64,000 nucleotides of DNA, taken from the IMG/VR virus record IMGVR_UViG_3300044970_001522, positions 86,278-150,277 of that record; one strand, written 5' to 3'. The stretch comes from a virus (lineage: Duplodnaviria; Heunggongvirae; Uroviricota; Caudoviricetes). Position 1 is the first letter of the stretch, and each line of letters starts with the position of its first letter. Below are positions 1-8,752 of the stretch, piece after piece. Made by a program: the position numbers and the translations under genes. The notes below the pieces were generated by a model that was not told where the DNA came from, searched no databases, and worked only from the letters and a program-made list of their open reading frames with translations.

Positions 1-70
1 CATAGAAATCCTACTCAGAGTCCTGCTGTCGGGACACACCGTTACTGACGTAACGGGGGAGGAATACGGT

Positions 71-262
71 ATGGACAACGAAGGGCACCTTTGTATGAAA
101 GCAAGCCGGTTCTCCCTTGGATACACACCAAACAAAGACCCAGAGGAAACTTGGCTACAGGTACCTTGTGATGTATCTGAGCTGAAGACAATCGCCGACA
201 GGATTGGCCGTGATACCCTTTGGTTGAAGGCTTGCGAAGTTTCAATGAGATCTCTATTATGA
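71..262 (+). CDS. hypothetical early protein
   Basis: 63-aa ORF; its stop overlaps the next ATG (ATGA at 259-262). Confidence 0.55.
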   Translation: MDNEGHLCMKASRFSLGYTPNKDPEETWLQVPCDVSELKTIADRIGRDTLWLKACEVSMRSLL

Positions 263-513
263 CCCACACCGAAGAGGAGCGAGCTAGACGCGTAAGGCTG
301 TATAAGCTGGCTACAGATAGTGCCAAAACCACTCTGAAAAAGGGAGACAGGCTACGAGTGACCGGGTGCCTTGGCACAAAGCGATGGGTCACATTCGACC
401 ATTGGGACGGATGCTGGATCGTTACCAAGTCTGGAATCGACGACATTCACGCAATAAACGTTGACAGGGTTAACACTGAGAGTGTTGACGTTACTACGAA
501 AGGGGAGAAATGA
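259..513 (+). CDS. hypothetical protein
   Basis: Start moved from the track's 220 to ATG 259 (ATGA overlap); also overlaps the next gene by ATGA. Confidence 0.65.
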   Translation: MTHTEEERARRVRLYKLATDSAKTTLKKGDRLRVTGCLGTKRWVTFDHWDGCWIVTKSGIDDIHAINVDRVNTESVDVTTKGEK

Positions 514-1067
514 GTAACTGCCCAGACTGGCTGAAGCCCTTTCAACGAGAAACAGAAGCGCTGGCTGCTCAAAATGCCGCGTTCAGAGAAGAAACTGAGA
601 GAATGAGGCGAGAAAATGTGGGGAACAAGAGAGCCCTTCAAGCACTCCGAGAGCTTAATCGAAATCCGGACAAAGTCAAACAAATCTTCGAATCCTCTAT
701 AACTAAATCAACAACAGCACCTCTTGACAACCCGAGGCGAACAGGTCGCACTACTCGCCTACTTAAGGAAGCGTATCGCCTTGCTTCCAACGGAAGGGCG
801 GTTTATGTCCTGGCCTGCCGTCACGACTACGCACTTAAAATGGAGTGCGACTTTGACGATATGTACGGAAAGGAAGAGTCCATTAGACTCGGCATAAAGT
901 TCGAGAGTCCGAGTGGGTTACCAAACTTTGACTTCAGAACAATGACACTCGGAGGAGGAGCCCACCCAAACTGCTGTGTTTTGGTTGATCATTACACGAT
1001 TGAGCTCCACTATGCTAGACTTCTCCAGGAACTTCACCGGTTTGACGAACCTACGGACACCAACTAG
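510..1067 (+). CDS. hypothetical protein with P-loop-like segment
   Basis: PRRTGRTT Walker-A-like motif and VLVDH Walker-B-like strand after an N-terminal coiled coil. Confidence 0.55.
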   Translation: MSNCPDWLKPFQRETEALAAQNAAFREETERMRRENVGNKRALQALRELNRNPDKVKQIFESSITKSTTAPLDNPRRTGRTTRLLKEAYRLASNGRAVYVLACRHDYALKMECDFDDMYGKEESIRLGIKFESPSGLPNFDFRTMTLGGGAHPNCCVLVDHYTIELHYARLLQELHRFDEPTDTN

Positions 1068-1118
1068 TAGTCCCCGAAAGAATCCGCAGGGTAAACCTTA
1101 TAGCCCTGACATAACACG

Positions 1119-1523
1119 ATGGATTACTCAGCACCTTTCAACTCAAGAACTGTTGCGGAAAGAATCCGAGACAACAATGCTGTTCTGCAATCGGTAGCTG
1201 AAAATTTCATTCTCGTGTCAAAAGCAGACCTATACGACTCTGAGCAAGCTGCGGCTTTTCTTGAGATTGACTCCGACGAAAGTGTCAGTAACTGGCTTGA
1301 AGGCGGGTACTTTCCCGGTGCTTTTCAGTCTGATGGGAGGTGGTTGTTCCCACTCGCGTCACTCATCAAGGTGAGGGAGCGGTTAGATGAACTTCAGTAC
1401 AATAACAAACATCGGCTTCTAACCCTTGAAACTGAACCCGAGGACTACTGCAAAGTTTGCGGTGGAATCCCTGTTGCTCTGCCAAATAAGTTGGGGGTCC
1501 TAATTAGAAACACAACAATTTAA
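1119..1523 (+). CDS. helix-turn-helix (MerR/excisionase-like) DNA-binding protein
   Basis: YDSEQAAAFLEI...VSNWLEGGYFPGAFQSDGRWLFP is typical of HTH_17-type domains. Confidence 0.65.
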   Translation: MDYSAPFNSRTVAERIRDNNAVLQSVAENFILVSKADLYDSEQAAAFLEIDSDESVSNWLEGGYFPGAFQSDGRWLFPLASLIKVRERLDELQYNNKHRLLTLETEPEDYCKVCGGIPVALPNKLGVLIRNTTI

Positions 1524-1548
1524 CTCAGGCCACACGCGCCAAGACACC

Positions 1549-1737
1549 ATGCAATCCGTTAAACCTCTCGCAAACGAAACCGAGTACGACCTTGCCCTTA
1601 AGGACATCGACCGCTACTGGGACGCTTCGAAGGGTAGCCCCGAGTACAACCGGTTAGAGACCTTGATAATTTTGGTAGAGGAATACGAGGCTAAGCACTG
1701 GCCCATTTCGCCCCCCAGACTTGAATCCAAATCTTGA
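1549..1737 (+). CDS. HigA-type antitoxin N-terminal fragment (no HTH)
   Basis: VKPLANETEYDLALKDIDRYWDASKGSPEYNRLETLIILVEEYEAKHWPI matches the N-terminus of E. coli-type HigA antitoxins, then stops. Confidence 0.7.
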   Translation: MQSVKPLANETEYDLALKDIDRYWDASKGSPEYNRLETLIILVEEYEAKHWPISPPRLESKS

Positions 1738-1879
1738 AGAGTGGTGCAGACTCGACGAAATAAACCAAGGAGAATACCTGCGGGCTGTGGGCGCGAGCCT
1801 GGTCGAACGACTCCAGTTACTGGTGGCGGGTGTCCAAGTCGACCTCGACGAGATCCTATCGCCGGACGAGTCCGACTAG
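1721..1879 (+). CDS. PrlF-like antitoxin C-terminal fragment (52 aa, not in ORF track)
   Basis: TTG start; MNPNLEEWCRLDEINQGEYLRAVGASLVERLQLLVAGVQVDLDEILSPDESD resembles the PrlF/SohA C-terminus (LVxRxQxLVxGVxVDLDxxL). Confidence 0.55.
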   Translation: MNPNLEEWCRLDEINQGEYLRAVGASLVERLQLLVAGVQVDLDEILSPDESD

Positions 1880-1952
1880 GGGGACCTCGCCAGGGAACCT
1901 TTACCTCGACTCCGGTCCAGCATACTAATTCACACCCCTAAACCACTGAAAA

Positions 1953-2546
1953 ATGAGAAACGCCACAATATACACTCTAACGAAGACGGTCGTACCCGTT
2001 TATGACAATGACAAGTACGTTAGGTACGCTCCACTCTTAGACCCTGACGAACTCTTTCGCATTCCTACAGATGACCCCAACAACAAGGTCTTACTCACGA
2101 GGAGAACACTCGTAGAAAATCTCCAGCTTCACGAAGTTGGCATATGCTCAAGTTTACCTCTTCATGATCTTCCTGAGGTTGAACGTTTATACTTAGAGAG
2201 TTACGATGAGGGTCGGAAGTCCGGGATCTACGACCCCTCCTACCTTCACTTATTTGCGATTGAGCCTCAGACCGAGAAGATTTTATCCACCTACATTAAC
2301 TCCAAACTCCGTAATAAGGTGGTTAAGCTTGAAGACACAATATACGACCAAGGGCAGAAACTTTGGACGCTAGGGCGAAACCTTGAGAAGTCCCAGAATG
2401 ATGCTCGTGCCTTAGCAAACTCCCTTAAGGTTACTGAAGGGAGGTTAGAACGGTACAGAAAAGAACCGCTGCTCAAGAGACTATGGATTGCCCTTCGACT
2501 CCGGCAAGACGGTTCTAACTGTGCGACCTTGATGCCACACTTTTAA
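1953..2546 (+). CDS. hypothetical protein with C-terminal coiled coil
   Basis: 197-aa ORF, ATG start. Confidence 0.7.
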   Translation: MRNATIYTLTKTVVPVYDNDKYVRYAPLLDPDELFRIPTDDPNNKVLLTRRTLVENLQLHEVGICSSLPLHDLPEVERLYLESYDEGRKSGIYDPSYLHLFAIEPQTEKILSTYINSKLRNKVVKLEDTIYDQGQKLWTLGRNLEKSQNDARALANSLKVTEGRLERYRKEPLLKRLWIALRLRQDGSNCATLMPHF

Positions 2547-2576
2547 CTCATTTGAGCAAACACCGAAGGTTCTAGT

Positions 2577-2768
2577 ATGGAAGAAACTGACTACAAGACA
2601 GAGTATATGAGAATTTCAACCCTTGTCGGGTCGCAATTCCCAGAATGCGAAGTTACTACGCCAGATATGGTAATACTTTTGATACACGAAAACGACACGT
2701 TGCGTATGGCACTTAATTTACCCACGAGACGTGAGGTTCTTTCCAAACTTGACGAGTTTTACGAATGA
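2577..2768 (+). CDS. hypothetical protein
   Basis: 63-aa ORF filling the gap on the coding strand. Confidence 0.55.
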   Translation: MEETDYKTEYMRISTLVGSQFPECEVTTPDMVILLIHENDTLRMALNLPTRREVLSKLDEFYE

Positions 2769-2783
2769 TTTCCACACAACAAT

Positions 2784-3545
2784 ATGACCGATAAACTGCT
2801 AGATGGCCAGGACCCAGTGAAAGAAGTACGGAACTACACGTTTTCTAGAGACTACGATACTCTGTACGACTTGAGCATGAACCAGTCGGTAGTGTGTGAA
2901 GTTGATTTTCATACAATTCAGAGTGATGGCAGGAAACGAAAGGGCAGAGAAATCTGCTCGACTAAATACCACCCTTTCACGGGAAGTCACTGCGTAGGGG
3001 GCCGAGGAAAAGGTTACATCGACGCCGATAGCCTGGACGACTTTGTGAGCCAGTGTAGAACCTGCAACTTGATTTGGTTCGTTCCTGACCGCTGGGGGGA
3101 CTCCCACCTACAAGAGTCAGTCGGCCAGACCCGGCCAGACCTTGCCGAACAAACTTATAACACAATGACTCAGCACAATTCGATTGAAGTCCCCGACGAA
3201 CTAGTTCATAGTTGGTGGCCTAGCGAGGGGTATTATGAGCGAGATGGTGATCTAAACATCCTCGCCGACAAGGCCGCACAATGGGGCGCCGACCAGGAGC
3301 TTGCTGCTTGCTGCGACTGGTTGCGCCTCCAAGAAGATCCTCAGTTTAGTTCCGACGACGGGTGGGTGGGTAAAGACCAGGAACTTCGTGAAGCACGCAG
3401 GCCCAACGTACCTACACTTAATGAAATCGCCCTGCAATTCATGGGGACCATCGAGAAAGACGGACGGTACCTACCTGAGATTACAAGCACTATTGTAAGA
3501 GCTTTGGTTGAAGGAGGGGAGGCTCTAAAAGAGCTCAATGGCTGA
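2784..3545 (+). CDS. hypothetical two-domain protein
   Basis: 253-aa ORF; C-terminal half has a WGADQELAACCDWL...LREARRP motif typical of small cyanophage ORFs. Confidence 0.7.
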   Translation: MTDKLLDGQDPVKEVRNYTFSRDYDTLYDLSMNQSVVCEVDFHTIQSDGRKRKGREICSTKYHPFTGSHCVGGRGKGYIDADSLDDFVSQCRTCNLIWFVPDRWGDSHLQESVGQTRPDLAEQTYNTMTQHNSIEVPDELVHSWWPSEGYYERDGDLNILADKAAQWGADQELAACCDWLRLQEDPQFSSDDGWVGKDQELREARRPNVPTLNEIALQFMGTIEKDGRYLPEITSTIVRALVEGGEALKELNG

Positions 3546-3774
3546 TAGATTGTACAAACAGGGGTGCCCGTGCTTTTATTGTGTCAAGGAAAGGGCAAAC
3601 GCCACAGCGCAACCTTTGGTTCACCCTATGGCCGTTTGTCCAACTTGCGGCAACAAAAGGTGTCCAAAAGGAACTCACCACTCGTTCAACTGCAGCGGAA
3701 GCAACGAAGCAGGGCAGTTGGGAAGCCGCTACACCTTACCTGGCATTACACACACTGACCTTTCTCCAGCATGA
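3538..3774 (+). CDS. small Cys-rich (Zn-binding) protein
   Basis: CPCFYC and CPTCGNKRCPK motifs; overlaps both neighbours. Confidence 0.65.
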   Translation: MADRLYKQGCPCFYCVKERANATAQPLVHPMAVCPTCGNKRCPKGTHHSFNCSGSNEAGQLGSRYTLPGITHTDLSPA

Positions 3775-3980
3775 CGACGCAAGTACCCGTACCCTTTACC
3801 GAGCGGTACCCTGGACCGGAAGACTGTAGTACAAACGGGGAGTTTTGGGTGTTTTGCCCAGGAATCGGTTGTAGCGATTGTTGGACACTCATGCGGTACG
3901 ACAGCCAGAACTTAGAATCTCGAGAGAAATACGGTCTCACTCATTGGTTGCCATACAACTCAATACCCTGCCCTGTTTAA
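3771..3980 (+). CDS. small protein with THWLP motif (DUF551-like)
   Basis: YGLTHWLPY C-terminal motif. Confidence 0.55.
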   Translation: MTTQVPVPFTERYPGPEDCSTNGEFWVFCPGIGCSDCWTLMRYDSQNLESREKYGLTHWLPYNSIPCPV

Positions 3981-3981
3981 G

Positions 3982-4347
3982 ATGAACTTGCGTGACGCAC
4001 GAGAGAAAGCCTTGCAGATTTCTGCTGAAACTGAGCATGGCTTATTGAAGGATAGAGAAGCTGAGTGTAAGCTCTACAGAGCTGCTCCCGGTGAAACCTT
4101 TGACCCTGTAAGTGTTTCTGACCGTCTACCTAAACTTTCCGATTCTGACGCCGAAGAACTATGTTGGTGGTGGAGAACCGACGCCGACGGGTCAGCAGTT
4201 GAGGGTATGTGGGAAATGCTACAATTTGACTGGCCAGTTAGAAAATATAACCTCTCAGGGAGCGGTTACAACTACACACACTGGCTGCCACACTGGGCCA
4301 TTGTAAATCCTAATGCCTCCTTAGTTAAAGAACATGGCAAACAATAG
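3982..4347 (+). CDS. protein with THWLP motif (DUF551-like)
   Basis: PVSVSDRLP...CWWW...YTHWLPHWA. Confidence 0.6.
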   Translation: MNLRDAREKALQISAETEHGLLKDREAECKLYRAAPGETFDPVSVSDRLPKLSDSDAEELCWWWRTDADGSAVEGMWEMLQFDWPVRKYNLSGSGYNYTHWLPHWAIVNPNASLVKEHGKQ

Positions 4348-4540
4348 ACAATGCTCAACTTGCTTTTACTCGGTCTCAACTCCAGTTGTAGACCCTATAA
4401 TAGCCTCGCTTACTGATCCCAGTAACTACGGCTTAGGAGCGTGGCGAACTTCAACAAAATGCCACATTCAAGGTCCACCCAAAGAAGTTAACGCTGACAT
4501 AGATTGGTGCTTCCAGTGGAGATCCAGAGACCGCATATGA
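4334..4540 (+). CDS. small Cys-containing protein
   Basis: CSTCFY...CH...DWCFQW pattern. Confidence 0.55.
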   Translation: MANNRQCSTCFYSVSTPVVDPIIASLTDPSNYGLGAWRTSTKCHIQGPPKEVNADIDWCFQWRSRDRI

Positions 4541-4849
4541 AAAAAAAAGGCGACAAACTTTACCAGAAAAATCCCAAGCTATACTACCGGCATAGTTAAC
4601 CGTAGACCCCAATGCTCGCCCTACTTGCCGTAACTTACCTGCTTGTGGGCTTTGCAAGGCTCCTTTCCGCACTCCCAGACTACGATCTACCGGTTATCGG
4701 GCACAGGGTGAGAATTTTGGACGTTTGCGGCCATGTTTTACTCTGGCCCTGCCCAGCAACCGCAAAGTTTCTAAGGAAGCTACGCCGTTGACCCGCTGAT
4801 CCGGAACCTGGCTCCGCTCATTTAAACTTGAACACCACTAGACCCTAAG

Positions 4850-5233
4850 ATGAACGAAAAAACACCTCTACAGCAACTCCAAGAATGGCAAGAGCTTTGT
4901 GACCACTTTCGAACCTTGCACACGAAAGGTGTCGCTGCCCCCGAAAACTCACTGAGTGTTGGAGTTGAGGGGTACATAGATCCTCTTTCCAGGGAAACCA
5001 CACTAGAAGCAGGGTGGACCCTAAATGGAAAGAAATTCACACGATCTACAACTTTCTCAACCATTTTATCGGAGTACAGAAACGGGCGGTGTGAGGAGAG
5101 TGCAGAAGCCGTTTCAAGACTCGCCGGACTAATTGCTAAAGATGTCACAAGGGGGCTCGAAGAAGAAATGTACCGTCTTTTGCTGTCGTCTCCCAATTCA
5201 GTCCTACCTCGAAACTTTGCGCCACCGGAATAG
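4850..5233 (+). CDS. hypothetical protein
   Basis: 127-aa ORF, ATG start. Confidence 0.65.
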   Translation: MNEKTPLQQLQEWQELCDHFRTLHTKGVAAPENSLSVGVEGYIDPLSRETTLEAGWTLNGKKFTRSTTFSTILSEYRNGRCEESAEAVSRLAGLIAKDVTRGLEEEMYRLLLSSPNSVLPRNFAPPE

Positions 5234-5281
5234 TCCTGTGTCCTTCCCTGTGTAAAGTACGGTTGACCGTTTGCTTCGAGA

Positions 5282-5322
5282 CGGTTTCCCGCCTTTACTT
5301 CCCTGGTGAAAACCGGCATACT
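5282..5322 (+). promoter_or_regulatory. sigma70-type early promoter with upstream CGG-N4-CCG element
   Basis: CGGTTTCCCG, then TTTACT(5294)-17 nt-CATACT(5317). Confidence 0.6.
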
Positions 5323-5357
5323 TAGTAAAAGATGGCCTAACACGTGGGGGCGAAGCA

Positions 5358-5585
5358 ATGAGCAAAAGCTGTGGATCCTGTGCCTGCTACACCAAGTGGA
5401 AAAAAGATTCCCTTGTGGCAGAAAACGGCGGTAAAGGAGGCGAATTAGCCTCAGGACTGTGTGAGTTTCTCGACGCACGCACAAAGCCCGACTGGGGTCG
5501 CAGCTGCCCGCACTGGGTTGGTAAACGATACGACCGGAACACCTTGAAAAAGCAAACACTGAGCGAAATCAACGAGAATGATTAA
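5358..5585 (+). CDS. small Cys-rich protein
   Basis: CGSCACY...GLCEF...CPHW. Confidence 0.6.
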   Translation: MSKSCGSCACYTKWKKDSLVAENGGKGGELASGLCEFLDARTKPDWGRSCPHWVGKRYDRNTLKKQTLSEINEND

Positions 5586-6093
5586 CCGAACTTTGATAGC
5601 GAGAATCCAGAGCTACTACCCGAACTGGTTCCAGGACACGAATTGGAGTGACGAGGACGTTCTCGATGCCATTACCATAGCAAAGCGTGTTGAGTCCGGA
5701 GAAGAAAAAACATATTCCTTTGAGGAAGCAATGGAAGATCTCGAACTCACCGGGGAACTTGGGTTGGTGACCCGCACCGAGAGGGGATTTGAGGTCATTG
5801 ACTTTCAAGATCTACACAACAAGGAGTGCAGCCTGCAACAAAGCTCCCTTGCCGTTTATTGGGAGCCAGGGACGTCTGCGGTGTGGTTGGGCCAAGGGGA
5901 AGATAGAATGCACCTTGGGGAAGAACAGGTTCAGTCCCTGGTTACTGTTTTGCAAAGGTGGCTGGACACAGGTTCTTTCATTCCCTACCCTACTACAGAA
6001 GTATCACCCCTCTCAAAATTTGCTGGGATCCTTAAGAACATTTTTGGGCTTGCCTTAAGACCACTCAAATCACTTACAAATCGAAACCAATGA
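5578..6093 (+). CDS. fusion: RelB/CopG-type antitoxin C-terminal-like segment plus phage domain of unknown function
   Basis: DEDVLDAITIAKRVESGEEKTYSFEEAMEDLEL followed by TERGFEVIDFQD...CSLQQSSLA...VWLG...RMHL. Confidence 0.55.
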   Translation: MINRTLIARIQSYYPNWFQDTNWSDEDVLDAITIAKRVESGEEKTYSFEEAMEDLELTGELGLVTRTERGFEVIDFQDLHNKECSLQQSSLAVYWEPGTSAVWLGQGEDRMHLGEEQVQSLVTVLQRWLDTGSFIPYPTTEVSPLSKFAGILKNIFGLALRPLKSLTNRNQ

Positions 6094-6383
6094 CTTACAA
6101 TGAGAAGACCCTTTAGTGTATTAAAGAGATTGGGGAGAAGGTTGATCTTAGGTTAGTTCAGGAATTCACCCCTGAGCAAGAGAGCTTTTTAAGGGCCACC
6201 CTGAAACAGGAAACCTTAGCAGCTTTGGACGAGGGATTAGCCCTTGCGGTTCAGATGATAAGGGAATCCCCACCTGGCTTAACTCGTGATCAACTGGCTA
6301 ATTTAATTGAGAACTGTATTGGCGACAAAAGAGCCTTAGAAGTTGTTTTATCCTCACTGGGTCTTTTAACGACCCTAGACTAG
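6090..6383 (+). pseudogene. ORF interrupted by in-frame TAG at codon 9 (6114-6116)
   Basis: ATG overlaps the upstream stop (ATGA); the frame stays open for 88 codons after the TAG, to TAG 6381-6383. Confidence 0.55.
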
Positions 6384-6384
6384 C

Positions 6385-6606
6385 TTGAAACCAAATGGAA
6401 GCTTAATGACACTACACCCTTACAGCTACTATACAAAGCCCGAAGAGTGGCAAACGTGTTACACCAAGCATTCAGCCGACGGGAAGTCCCCGAATCTGTG
6501 TTACGAAGAACTAATTGACACGATTGTAGACCTTTACGACAAACTTGCTAAGCTAGAGGCGAGGCTGGACCAAGAAGACTCTTATAGGTACGAACAAAAT
6601 GACTGA
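6385..6606 (+). CDS. hypothetical protein
   Basis: ORF on coding strand; true start may be an internal ATG. Confidence 0.55.
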   Translation: MKPNGSLMTLHPYSYYTKPEEWQTCYTKHSADGKSPNLCYEELIDTIVDLYDKLAKLEARLDQEDSYRYEQND

Positions 6607-6886
6607 CGACGACAAACTACTTGCTGACTACGACTCCGAAATTCACGGAGAATATACACCCCTGGAACCACTTACTGTTGCATCACTAATTGAGAGTCAC
6701 AGACACTTAAGGCAGAAAAACTTAGAGTGGCACGGGGCGTATAACGAAGCAGGAAGAGAAGGCTATGAGCAAGGTTACTCCTTTGGACTGAAGATGGCAA
6801 CAGAAGCCACGATCATGATCGAAGCCCTTCGCAAAATGACTATTCAGGAACTTGCAAATCTAGTCGGAGACGAGAATGCCTTCTGA
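6599..6886 (+). CDS. hypothetical protein
   Basis: 95-aa ORF overlapping neighbours. Confidence 0.65.
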   Translation: MTDDDKLLADYDSEIHGEYTPLEPLTVASLIESHRHLRQKNLEWHGAYNEAGREGYEQGYSFGLKMATEATIMIEALRKMTIQELANLVGDENAF

Positions 6887-7103
6887 GTCATCTGAGAGCC
6901 TAAGTCCTGAAGCACAGTCAATAGACGATGCTTTTAACGGGTACCATGAGCTGGTGAATCGTCGTGTAAAGATTGCCGCTGTACTCCGCGCAATTGCTGA
7001 GCTGTGCGAGCCCGACCTTGTGTTCGGGTTAAAGACAATTCGCCAGGGGAAACTAATATCTCTTGCCATCGAACTTGAGGGGCCGACGGGTCCCCAAGGC
7101 TAG
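6876..7103 (+). CDS. small LSPEA-motif protein
   Basis: LSPEAQSIDDAF...AAVLRAIAE; paralogue of 7572-7805. Confidence 0.6.
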   Translation: MPSESSESLSPEAQSIDDAFNGYHELVNRRVKIAAVLRAIAELCEPDLVFGLKTIRQGKLISLAIELEGPTGPQG

Positions 7104-7122
7104 AACGAAAACCTATTGATGA

Positions 7123-7494
7123 ATGGTGAAGCAAATGAGTAGCATCCCTGGTCTCACCCTTGAGTCCTACGTAATGTGGAACCATAACCTTGTCGTTATT
7201 AGGTATCTCAGTGCAAACACATCTTTTCAGATTGCTGAAGCACTCGGGATTAACACATATCGGGTGAGCTTGTCCCAGGCGCAATTTGACACGATCCTTG
7301 CCATTTACGAGCCGTACCGTACAATCGTGGAGTATCTGTTGGAAAACTTTGACGATAATCTTTTGTCTTGGACGGACTACGCTGGTGTTTGCTTTAACGG
7401 TGTGACGGACACCATTGGAGACGAGGTGTCAAGGGCCTTACACAATTTTTCTACTGAGAGGGCCATGAAACAACTGCCAGGCAACAATGTTTGA
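7123..7494 (+). CDS. hypothetical protein
   Basis: 123-aa ORF. Confidence 0.6.
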   Translation: MVKQMSSIPGLTLESYVMWNHNLVVIRYLSANTSFQIAEALGINTYRVSLSQAQFDTILAIYEPYRTIVEYLLENFDDNLLSWTDYAGVCFNGVTDTIGDEVSRALHNFSTERAMKQLPGNNV

Positions 7495-7571
7495 AATTTT
7501 GTACTCAACCCTCGGTACTATCGCCGGTTGTTTCTTGCTGTCCATTCTAATTATCACCTTTCTGGGGATGA

Positions 7572-7805
7572 ATGACTAAGCATACACTCAGCCCTGAAGC
7601 CGAAGCCGCATGGAACGCCTACTGCGACGTTGCAGACCGCATCGGAGTTTTTGAAGACACCGGTGAAGCACTAGCTGCTTTTCTTCGAGAACTGATAACG
7701 CAGATTGAATTTAGAGGTGAACTCGGACTAACACCGCTTGGCGCACACGGGCACTACCAAGAGAAGTTGTACGCGATTGCAACTGAGTTGGATGGGCACG
7801 GTTAA
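7572..7805 (+). CDS. small LSPEA-motif protein
   Basis: LSPEAEAAWNAY...ALAAFLREL; paralogue of 6876-7103. Confidence 0.6.
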   Translation: MTKHTLSPEAEAAWNAYCDVADRIGVFEDTGEALAAFLRELITQIEFRGELGLTPLGAHGHYQEKLYAIATELDGHG

Positions 7806-7819
7806 CCGGCTGCTCTGGG

Positions 7820-7861
7820 GCGGTTTACCGCCTTGCCTTTCCGCAAGGAAAGCGGTATAGT
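7820..7861 (+). promoter_or_regulatory. sigma70-type early promoter with hairpin spacer
   Basis: GCGGTTTACCGC, TTGCCT(7833)-17 nt-TATAGT(7856); CTTTCC-GCAA-GGAAAG palindrome at 7837-7852. Confidence 0.75.
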
Positions 7862-7897
7862 TACCTTATACATACTCGCGCAGACTCAACTTTCATT

Positions 7898-8674
7898 ATG
7901 CAACCGGCAGACTTTTACGTTAGAAGTCCAAAGTCCGTGGAGTGGCTCGGGTCTATTTCCTCCGACGGTGGTGTTCTTGAAACTATTTGTCCGGAAATCA
8001 CGTTCGTCACCTCCGCGCACGAGTTCCGGTCCGGAATCAGGCGCATAGCCAAACGGGACGACTTTCACTCTCCTGAAGAGGGTTGGCCCTGGAAATGGGA
8101 AACCAGCGCATCTACCGACTTTTGCTATGTCTTTACGAAGGACCAAGTGGAGGTCTACAAGTTTGGCCGAAAGAGGTCTTTCACCGAAGACGACACCGCC
8201 GTATACTCTAGCCGAAAAGACACTTGGTTCCCGGACATGTCGAGTGCTAAGAGCACGGTTAGCCTCTCCGGCACTAAGACTCCAAAACTAGAGTTTCTTG
8301 AGATATCGGCAGAAGTGAGGTACTGGGAAGACGCGACAGTCAATGAGACGATTGATAAAGAGGGGACACTCATCCCCTTAAGGACCGGTAAATGTTGGAC
8401 TCCAACAATTCGCCTGAAAGACGGTCAGGTGATGGAGTGGCCCTACGGAGTCACCGCCGAAATTTACTACAAAGTGTGCGACCAAGGTGAGTACTGGCTC
8501 AGAGACTCGGAGCACCGCTTATTTAAGTACCGTGGGGATTACGTTCCTGACGAGTACTTGTGCAAAGGTGACGCGGGGTTCGGCGACTACATTATCTTGT
8601 CTATCGACAAAGCCGGTAAAGTTCGAAACTGGTGGCGACCGAAATTCAAGGCGAACGAGTGGGAGGCTGTATGA
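7898..8674 (+). CDS. hypothetical two-domain phage protein
   Basis: 258-aa ORF directly downstream of the promoter. Confidence 0.75.
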   Translation: MQPADFYVRSPKSVEWLGSISSDGGVLETICPEITFVTSAHEFRSGIRRIAKRDDFHSPEEGWPWKWETSASTDFCYVFTKDQVEVYKFGRKRSFTEDDTAVYSSRKDTWFPDMSSAKSTVSLSGTKTPKLEFLEISAEVRYWEDATVNETIDKEGTLIPLRTGKCWTPTIRLKDGQVMEWPYGVTAEIYYKVCDQGEYWLRDSEHRLFKYRGDYVPDEYLCKGDAGFGDYIILSIDKAGKVRNWWRPKFKANEWEAV

Positions 8675-8752
8675 GCGATCCCCCCCGGTATTGAGGAAGA
8701 TTGTCCCATAAAATTTCGCCTAGCATTTTCTAGGTAACACTACTGCAACACA

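Noticed and set aside
1741-1941. Track ORF of 66 aa (MVQTRRNK...)
   Set aside because: Pro/Arg/Gly-rich shadow frame; the overlapping frame 1721-1879 is more protein-like
4822-5559. Long minus-strand ORFs (e.g. 4822-5559, 14414-15034, 26025-26699, 56523-57065)
   Set aside because: All overlap well-supported plus-strand genes and lack recognisable motifs
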